Positions 26,479 through 32,613 of a stretch of DNA of 32,613 nt are shown piece after piece. The stretch covers positions 1-32,613 of the forward strand of contig DAOWMJ010000001.1 in NCBI GenBank assembly GCA_030643145.1, written 5' to 3'. The notes beneath the pieces are model-generated. The model was given only the letters and a program-made list of their open reading frames with translations, did not search any database and was not told the origin of the DNA. This DNA is from Candidatus Latescibacterota bacterium. Its GTDB lineage: Bacteria > Krumholzibacteriota > Krumholzibacteriia > Krumholzibacteriales > WJIX01. Numbering within the stretch: the stretch's first letter is position 1; every line of letters starts with the position of its first letter. The position numbers and the translations under genes are program-made.

Positions 26479-28368
26479 ATGAATCCTAACCCTATCGAGG
26501 AACTCCGCAAGTTTGTCAGCAACGATGATTTTACCAAACTCGCCCGTATCGATAATCGGAAACTTTACAGTTTTGTGCTTGAATTTATAAATCTTTGCAA
26601 TCCGGAAACGGTCTCTGTTTACGATGATTCGAAGGAAGATATTGAAAGGACGCGCAGAGCTGCGATTGAAAATCATGAAGAGGCCAAACTCGCCATTGAA
26701 GGACACACGATACATTATGACGGATTCCATGATCAGGCACGTGATAAAAAAAACACCAAGTTTCTGGTGCCTCCCGGCACTGACCTCGGGCCTGAACTAA
26801 ACTCCATTGACCGGGAGCAGGGCCTCGCGGAAATCCGCGAGATTATGTCAAATATAATGCGTGGGCATCATCTCCATATTAAATTTTTCTCTCTCGGTCC
26901 GGCAAATTCCCCCTTCTCCATCCCAGCTCTTCAACTGACAGATTCAGCATACGTCGCGCACAGTGATAATCTTCTCTATAGGCAAGGCTATCAGGAATTT
27001 TTAAAGAAAGGTTCTGAGGCCAGATTCTTTAAATTTATTCATTCCCAGGGAGAGCTCAAGGATGCCGTACTGGGACTTAAGGTAAGCAAAAATATCGATA
27101 AACGAAGAATATTCATCGACCTTGAAGAGGAAACAGTCTACAGCGCGAACACACAGTATGGAGGCAATACAATCGGCCTTAAAAAACTCGCTATGCGCCT
27201 CGCGATAAACCGCGCTTCAAATGAAAAATGGCTGACAGAACATATGCTTGTAATGGGAGTACACGGGCCCGATAACAGAATGACATATTTTACAGGCGCT
27301 TTTCCATCAATGTGCGGCAAAACCTCTACCGCGATGATCGAAGGTGAGTCAATCGTTGGCGATGACATAGCTTACCTGAAAAATATCGACGGTAAAACAC
27401 GAGCCGTAAATGTGGAATCAGGGGTATTCGGTATAATAGATGGGATCAACCCCGACGAGGATCCAATCCAGTGGGAAACCATCACTACACCGGGAGATGT
27501 AATATTCACAAACCAGCTTGTCACGGAAGACGGGAAGGTATACTGGAACGGTAAACCGGGTAAAGTCCCCGAAAATGGCGTCAATCATTCGGGTGAGTGG
27601 TATCCGGGGAAAAAGGATGCGGATGGAAATGAAATAACTCCCTCTCATAAAAATGCCAGATTTACCTTTAAAATTGACACCCTGGATAATGTCAGCAAAG
27701 AAGTTCATTCGCCGGAGGGTGTACCAGTGAGTGGAGTAATATACGGAGGCAGAGATTCTGATACATCCGTTCCATTAAAAGTAGCCTTCGATTGGGCTCA
27801 CGGAATTATTATGTACGGAGCGTGTCTTGAATCGGAAACAACAGCCGCTACTCTGGGCAAAGAAGGTGTAAGAGTGTTTACACCAATGTCAAACCTGGAC
27901 TTTCTTTCATTACCGATCGGAAAATATATTCAAAACAATCTCGATTTCGGTAAACATTCCACGCAGCCACCAGATATTTTCGCGGTCAACTACTTTCTTA
28001 GGGACAAAAACGGTAAGTGGCTTAATCTTAAGAATGACAAAAAGGTATGGCTTAAGTGGATGGAGTTAAGAGTCAATAGCGAAGTTGACGGTATTAAAAC
28101 CCCCACAGGATTAATACCCAAATATCAGGATTTGAAGAGATTGTTTTTCGAACTCTTTAAAAAAGAGTATTCAATGGAAGACTATATTATACAATTCACC
28201 ATCCGCGTTCCTGAGAACCTGGCCAAACTGGAAAGAATGGAAAAGATCTTCAAAGAGAGGGTAACTGATGTTCCCGATACGGTTTTCCGTCATATTGCAG
28301 AACAAAAGGCCCGCCTGGAAGAGGCACGGGAAAAATCAGGTGACTATATCCCCCCGGTGAAATTCTAA
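26479..28368 (+). CDS. pckG: Phosphoenolpyruvate carboxykinase (GTP)
   Basis: The GTP-PEPCK P-loop is FPSMCGKTS. Other family motifs are GDDIAYL and YGGRDSD. Length is 629 aa, with a GGAGA RBS. Confidence 0.9.
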   Translation: MNPNPIEELRKFVSNDDFTKLARIDNRKLYSFVLEFINLCNPETVSVYDDSKEDIERTRRAAIENHEEAKLAIEGHTIHYDGFHDQARDKKNTKFLVPPGTDLGPELNSIDREQGLAEIREIMSNIMRGHHLHIKFFSLGPANSPFSIPALQLTDSAYVAHSDNLLYRQGYQEFLKKGSEARFFKFIHSQGELKDAVLGLKVSKNIDKRRIFIDLEEETVYSANTQYGGNTIGLKKLAMRLAINRASNEKWLTEHMLVMGVHGPDNRMTYFTGAFPSMCGKTSTAMIEGESIVGDDIAYLKNIDGKTRAVNVESGVFGIIDGINPDEDPIQWETITTPGDVIFTNQLVTEDGKVYWNGKPGKVPENGVNHSGEWYPGKKDADGNEITPSHKNARFTFKIDTLDNVSKEVHSPEGVPVSGVIYGGRDSDTSVPLKVAFDWAHGIIMYGACLESETTAATLGKEGVRVFTPMSNLDFLSLPIGKYIQNNLDFGKHSTQPPDIFAVNYFLRDKNGKWLNLKNDKKVWLKWMELRVNSEVDGIKTPTGLIPKYQDLKRLFFELFKKEYSMEDYIIQFTIRVPENLAKLERMEKIFKERVTDVPDTVFRHIAEQKARLEEAREKSGDYIPPVKF

Positions 28369-28435
28369 TCCGTTAAAATATTGATGGTTGGAACTGATGT
28401 CGCTTCTGTTAGGAACAGAAAATTCACATGAATTT

Positions 28436-28828
28436 TCATTCTGAGCTGTAGCTTGCTCCTTTATTTTCATTCTTCGCAGACAACAAGGAAATAGTTTCTT
28501 CCTTTGTAAGAACCCAGATAGAGTAAACACCAAGAGCCGTACCTACCGGGATATCAAATAATCTTACACAACCAACAATCAGAACAAGGATTCTTGCCCA
28601 TGGTTTTTTCTTTAGAAGCCCTATTCCTCCGATCAATCCCGGAATAGCAAATATTAAAATGATCGTGTAAACAAATATGGCAATAGTGCCCGTAATCGCG
28701 ATAGCCTCCGGATCACAGGAAACAATACCCGCTCCACCAAGGATAATAAGAATAGTCGTACCAATAATAATCCCTATAATACTGTACGCTATGTGTAAAG
28801 CGGCCAGAATGGTCACATTCTCTTTCAT
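28436..28828 (-). CDS. Small 4-TM membrane protein, unknown function
   Basis: The sequence is hydrophobic, with GGIGLLKKKPWARIL...PVGTALGVYSIWVL. The ATG at 28828 lies 5 nt after AAGGAG. Confidence 0.6.
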   Translation of the reverse strand: MKENVTILAALHIAYSIIGIIIGTTILIILGGAGIVSCDPEAIAITGTIAIFVYTIILIFAIPGLIGGIGLLKKKPWARILVLIVGCVRLFDIPVGTALGVYSIWVLTKEETISLLSAKNENKGASYSSE

Positions 28829-29063
28829 TTCATCTCCTTTGCAATTCAAAATCAACCCTTATATACTCCACTCGATAATCTCCGGATATAAACCCGGCTA
28901 AATTCAAACTTACGATCCCCCGTACTCATTACTACGGATTCAATTATTTTTTGTTGCGGGCTAAATATCAATATAGAACGCGTATCCCGAGAAGGACAAA
29001 ATGTTCGATCAGGAATTTCAGTGTAGAATTTTGTTATTTCCTTGATCCTTAGAAAAATTGTGA

Positions 29064-30065
29064 CTATTTTTCCGGAGACATCTCCTTCCACAACTTCCAT
29101 ATCTCATCGAGAATTTTTTCTTTCCTGATTAAGCGGGCTTTCTTTGAATCACAGCGTACCATTCCCGCTGCCGCGCCGGGATGGCCATCACCAATATTTA
29201 ATTCCCTCATGATCTCTCCAATATCCTTTCCGTGATCCTTTCCAGTCATATTCATAGAAAGTGACATGGAAACAGAAAAGTCATTGGTTTTTGTGCCTCC
29301 TCTGAATATTGGTACTAACGCGAGGACAGCGAGAATCCGCGGATGTATTAAATACGCTAGATTCCTGATAACCCTGGGGCGTCTCCTGTGATCTGTCAAA
29401 TCTATTATGGCAATCTCCTTTTTCAGATCCCTCTGAAAAAAGGAGCAAGATTTTTCTATCATTCCAACCATCTTTTTCTCTTCTTCCCTGTATTTTTCAA
29501 TATTGGATAAAACCTGTTTCTCCTTTAAAATTTCAGCAAGGGGTAAATCACGAAGATATTCTACAAGGAGCAAATTGTATTTTGCGTGCTCTCTGGGGGT
29601 TAAAAAAGAAATCTTCATACTCATATCCACAAGCTTGCCCGGTGTTTCATTTCGCCATTCTTCTATAGAAGAATAAGCAAAAGAATCGATTATGTCCGCT
29701 TCAGATACAGTCTCCAATAGATATTCGGGGAATTTTGTTCCTCTCTCGGAATAATATTCATAGATTACACGAGCGCAGGAGAGTTTCTCGGCAAATCGTC
29801 CGGGTAAACTATCATGGTTAATATTTCTTAACTCTAAGGCGTCTCTGTTGCCCCCATGATGATCAAACCAGAGGCCACATTCAAGAGGATAGGGCAAATC
29901 ACATACAATGTCCCCCTTATTAATAGATATTTCAGCTCTCTCTATCGAATTGGGACCCGTAAAGATAAACCTCTCGCAACCGGTAGCAAAAGAACAAAGA
30001 CTCGCGGATACAAGCCCGTCAAAATCGTTATGGGTGATTATTCTCCGGATTTCCACGAAGCCCAA
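29064..30065 (-). CDS. DHH/DHHA1-family phosphoesterase (NrnA/RecJ-like)
   Basis: Motif I is ITHNDFDG, motif III is FDHH, and the DHHA1 motif is GDGHPGAAAG. The start is ambiguous: either TTG at 30065, or GTG at 30056, which lies 9 nt after GAGAGG. Confidence 0.75.
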   Translation of the reverse strand: MGFVEIRRIITHNDFDGLVSASLCSFATGCERFIFTGPNSIERAEISINKGDIVCDLPYPLECGLWFDHHGGNRDALELRNINHDSLPGRFAEKLSCARVIYEYYSERGTKFPEYLLETVSEADIIDSFAYSSIEEWRNETPGKLVDMSMKISFLTPREHAKYNLLLVEYLRDLPLAEILKEKQVLSNIEKYREEEKKMVGMIEKSCSFFQRDLKKEIAIIDLTDHRRRPRVIRNLAYLIHPRILAVLALVPIFRGGTKTNDFSVSMSLSMNMTGKDHGKDIGEIMRELNIGDGHPGAAAGMVRCDSKKARLIRKEKILDEIWKLWKEMSPEK

Positions 30066-30215
30066 CCTCTCTTTCCTCTTACATTCACCTATAAACCGAT
30101 TGATTTATCTTGGAGCACAAACACAGCGTAACGAAGAAAAGTCTTATCAGCGAACAAAATATTATTACATTTCCGACACAAAGAAAAAAATACGCGGCCT
30201 TTTGTTACCATACCA

Positions 30216-30857
30216 CTAATCAGATATTCTGTTCTTAAATTCGCTCATAATTTCACGGACAGACTTATCTACGGCTTCTTCTCCATCGACAATAAGATCC
30301 GCGTACTCACGGGCGGGAAGAACATACTTTTCATACATCGGAACAACTGTATTACTAAACTGCCGGCAAATTTCTATTCTGGTCCTGCCGCGCTCCTTTG
30401 TATCCCGTTCTATCCGGCGGGAAAGACAAATATTCATACCCGTATCGATAAATACACAGATACCGATCAGCTCTCGAAGTGGTTCTTTAAAAAAAACATG
30501 AAGCCCTTCAATAATTATTACGGAACGTCTGGTGTTTTTAACAGATATCCTTCGTCGTCTTCCCTCACTTGGCAATTCTCTCATATGGGTCTTAAAATTA
30601 TATTCCGGGAGCAGAACTTCACATCCTTCAAGCAACCTCTTAACATCGTTTATAAGAAGGTTGAAATCAACAGCGTCCGGTATATCAAAATTGGCTCGCG
30701 ATCTCTCTTCGTACTTCATATTACCAAGATCCCGATAATAGCTATCCATCTGGATTATCGTATGTTCTCTGCCGTCCAGCTTATCCGCAAAATTCTTAGA
30801 GATTAATGTCTTGCCGGAGCATGAAGCTCCTGAGATTCCAACAACAAATGGTTCCAT
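30216..30857 (-). CDS. udk: Uridine kinase
   Basis: The P-loop is VGISGASCSGKT. Also present are YYRD, the DxPDAxD-type region NFDIPDAVDF, and IIIEG. The ATG at 30857 is preferred over the TTG at 30863. Confidence 0.75.
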   Translation of the reverse strand: MEPFVVGISGASCSGKTLISKNFADKLDGREHTIIQMDSYYRDLGNMKYEERSRANFDIPDAVDFNLLINDVKRLLEGCEVLLPEYNFKTHMRELPSEGRRRRISVKNTRRSVIIIEGLHVFFKEPLRELIGICVFIDTGMNICLSRRIERDTKERGRTRIEICRQFSNTVVPMYEKYVLPAREYADLIVDGEEAVDKSVREIMSEFKNRISD

Positions 30858-31151
30858 TCTCAATTCCCAACAGAAATGAAGCTGTGTCGAATGATCAGAG
30901 GATAAATCCTTGTCCTCGTTTAGCTCTATAACGACTCCCAGGAAAACAATGAACTTATGATCAGCTACACAAAGGGCGCGCTTATGGGGCTATACTCCCA
31001 AGTATTCTCTTTTTCCTTACAGCCTATTTCTGCTTCAGGAGACAGTTGTCACTATCGGCGGTCCTGACAACAAGTTTTATCATATGGGGACTGGCTGCCG
31101 CTGTTCACCAATGGCTACTTAGATGAACAAATGATTCCTGCCCGAATCTAT

Positions 31152-31367
31152 CTACTCGTTTCCCTCAAACTTGAAGGATACCTTTACCTTAGCGCGGTAT
31201 GCAGCAACCTTGCCATCCTCGATATGCATGTCCAGTTGAACCACTTCGGCAATACGAAGGTCACGCAACGATTGCGAAGCCCTATCTATAGCGGCTGTGG
31301 CTGCTTTTTCCCACGACTCTGAACTCGTTCCAACCAATTCGATTATTTTGTACACACTCTCTGCCAT
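31152..31367 (-). CDS. Dodecin (small flavin-binding protein)
   Basis: The 71-aa sequence is MAESVYKIIELVGTSSESWEKAATAAIDRASQSLRDLRIAEVVQLDMHIEDGKVAAYRAKVKVSFKFE. It matches the dodecin pattern (Y+.IE.VGTS..S.E.A...A...A...+R.L...EV). An AAGGAG RBS is present. Confidence 0.8.
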   Translation of the reverse strand: MAESVYKIIELVGTSSESWEKAATAAIDRASQSLRDLRIAEVVQLDMHIEDGKVAAYRAKVKVSFKFEGNE

Positions 31368-31675
31368 CCTGCTCTCCTTCCATCTATAACCTCACAAAAA
31401 ACTTGCGGTTATAGCGATTCATACCGATTGTAACCTAACCGGTATCTACCAAATAAGCCAAAGCGCTCCGATGAATGATTACCCATTGCAGGAAGTGTAT
31501 CTCATATACGGATAACTGTCAAGCAACCCATAGCACTGGTACTATTTTGATCGCCCGTAAACTCGGATGCAATATCATCATTTGGTATTTCAGCTATCAC
31601 CGCTACATCTGCCGGGAAACGGCGCTGGAATTTTCCCTATATTAAAACGACCCTGTCAGTCAACATACAACAAAA

Positions 31676-31705
31676 CACCCCACCCGTAAAATTACGGGCG
31701 AGGTG
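31676..31705 (-). terminator. Intrinsic terminator of the exported-protein gene
   Basis: The hairpin is CACC-cca-CCCGTA-aaat-TACGGG-cga-GGTG. On the minus strand it is followed by TGTTTTGTTGTATGTT. It lies 75 nt after the stop at 31780. Confidence 0.55.
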
Positions 31706-31779
31706 CAAATTATGCTGAGAGATTTACTATTTCTATTCCTGTTTCAAAGAAAATTATAAACCTTTTCAACGCACTATCA

Positions 31780-32373
31780 TTACCGGTACATAGACTTTAT
31801 CGCGCCCCAGCTTTCTTCCCTGGAAGCAACCACGCAGTCGTGAGTAATAACGCCATTTGTAATTTCGAAATTCACACCCATGACGTCGATCGATACCCAC
31901 TCCGGATTGTAATCATAAATGATATAGTCAAAAATGTAATGCGTTGTTACAACAGGAACGGGGCACGCAGTTAGCAGTGTTTCCCTCTCAATGTGTTCCG
32001 CTTCAATAAATCCCGTCACCCCTGGTATTGGAGGATAATCTGTTCCATACCCCAAGCCCGACCATTCAGGAGTCGACCAGTTTACCGCGAAACAAAGGTT
32101 ACTTGAATTTGCTGGATCAAGCACAACCAGATCAAATTCTATGTGTATAACCTTTCCACGATTCGGATCAAATTGATGATCATAAAACCATTCATTTATC
32201 CAGCCGGAATCATACTCATACCACATACCTTCATTATATCCGCTTCCTCCACCAGTTACTATCTCACAGGAAGTACCAATTGTGATATAGAAGTCATCAA
32301 CAATCTGAGCTGTCACATTGGAAGCCACAAAGAGCAGCAACCCAACACAAATAGCAATAACAAAATTCTTCAT
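31780..32373 (-). CDS. Exported Trp/Tyr-rich protein of unknown function ending in SWGAIKSMYR
   Basis: The signal peptide is MKNFVIAICVGLLLFVASNVTAQ. The mature part has four Cys. The ATG at 32373 lies 5 nt after GGGGG. No family was recognised. Confidence 0.6.
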   Translation of the reverse strand: MKNFVIAICVGLLLFVASNVTAQIVDDFYITIGTSCEIVTGGGSGYNEGMWYEYDSGWINEWFYDHQFDPNRGKVIHIEFDLVVLDPANSSNLCFAVNWSTPEWSGLGYGTDYPPIPGVTGFIEAEHIERETLLTACPVPVVTTHYIFDYIIYDYNPEWVSIDVMGVNFEITNGVITHDCVVASREESWGAIKSMYR

Positions 32374-32613
32374 TCCAACCCCCTTAAAGCACTCTTCAAA
32401 CTGCATTATCATCTATTCCCCACTATAAAACAATTTGAAGAAGAAAAGAAATTACAAACCGGAAAAATAACTTCCAGACTATTTATCCCCCTAAAGTTTC
32501 CTCCTTCCAAATCAAAATCCAAACTTAAAACAAGACTGCTCCATCCCCTCAGACGGAAGATACGCAATCCATTTCCTATACAGCCAAATAGAATTTGAAA
32601 TTAGTAATTGATC

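Noticed and set aside
28418-28437. The hairpin GAAAATT-cacatg-AATTTTC lies between the convergent pckG and membrane-protein genes and could be a bidirectional terminator.
   Set aside because: The stem is 7 bp with only one G-C pair, and it overlaps the membrane gene's stop codon. It is too weak to call.
28852-29100. An 82-aa minus-strand ORF bridges the DHH gene end and the small membrane protein gene.
   Set aside because: It overlaps the DHH stop region by 37 nt. It has no convincing RBS and no recognisable motif, and its composition looks non-coding. The 208-bp stretch more likely holds the membrane gene's promoter. It cannot be excluded without expression data.
31480-31660. FMN-riboswitch-like fragments appear on the minus strand upstream of the flavin-binding dodecin: GGGAAAATTCC, CCGGCAG, GCTGAAATACCAAA, GACAGTTATCCGTATATGAGA.
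   Set aside because: The fragments are in the wrong order relative to the RFN element (P2, P3, P4, P5, P6). The AGCCCGCGAGC and GGATGGGAGAAG blocks are absent. Part of the region would lie upstream of the best promoter candidate. This is most likely chance resemblance.
1-32613. I scanned the window for CRISPR repeats, tRNA/rRNA genes, IS elements, integrase or transposase genes, terminal inverted repeats, phage genes, and toxin-antitoxin or known defence modules.
   Set aside because: None was recognised by eye. No spaced direct-repeat array, no DDE/tyrosine-recombinase motifs, and no tRNA-like GTTCGAATC arms appear in the intergenic regions. Gene content is metabolic and housekeeping.

Overview
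This is a densely coding window made up mostly of housekeeping and central-metabolism genes. It looks like an uncultured, peptide/amino-acid-fermenting bacterium: genes are led by Shine-Dalgarno sites, one protein has a lipobox, DsbD has all three domains, and there are sigma-70-like and sigma-54-like promoter motifs and intrinsic terminators.

Gene order:
- archaeal-type gatE (5' end cut by the window edge), then gatD
- a 786-bp AT-rich gap holding a self-contained unit: sigma-54-type promoter, strong RBS, 26-codon micro-ORF, strong hairpin
- short threonine dehydratase, MenA-like prenyltransferase, LOG-family protein, rhomboid protease, SPL-like radical-SAM protein, histidine phosphatase, DsbD, GT4 glycosyltransferase
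- an orphan promoter/terminator unit (candidate sRNA)
- oadG-oadA-oadB, the Na+-pumping oxaloacetate decarboxylase
- prolyl oligopeptidase
- a tightly spaced plus-strand 4-gene cluster: exported GyrI-like protein, lipoprotein Dcp peptidase, fused GlmS/GlmE-like B12-mutase homologue, opine-dehydrogenase-family protein
- MFS transporter, GTP-dependent PEPCK, small membrane protein, DHH/DHHA1 phosphoesterase, uridine kinase, dodecin
- an exported Trp/Tyr-rich protein of unknown function

I found no CRISPR array, tRNA/rRNA, transposase, integrase, or recognisable defence or toxin-antitoxin module.

The best candidates for something undescribed are:
1. the sigma-54-driven micro-protein unit (3864-4110)
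2. the fused mutase-like gene coupled to an opine-dehydrogenase-like gene (22154-24912)
3. GatDE in an otherwise bacterial context
4. the orphan small transcription unit at 13110-13283

All functional calls come from motif recognition by eye and recall of family signatures. No searches or folding programs were run.
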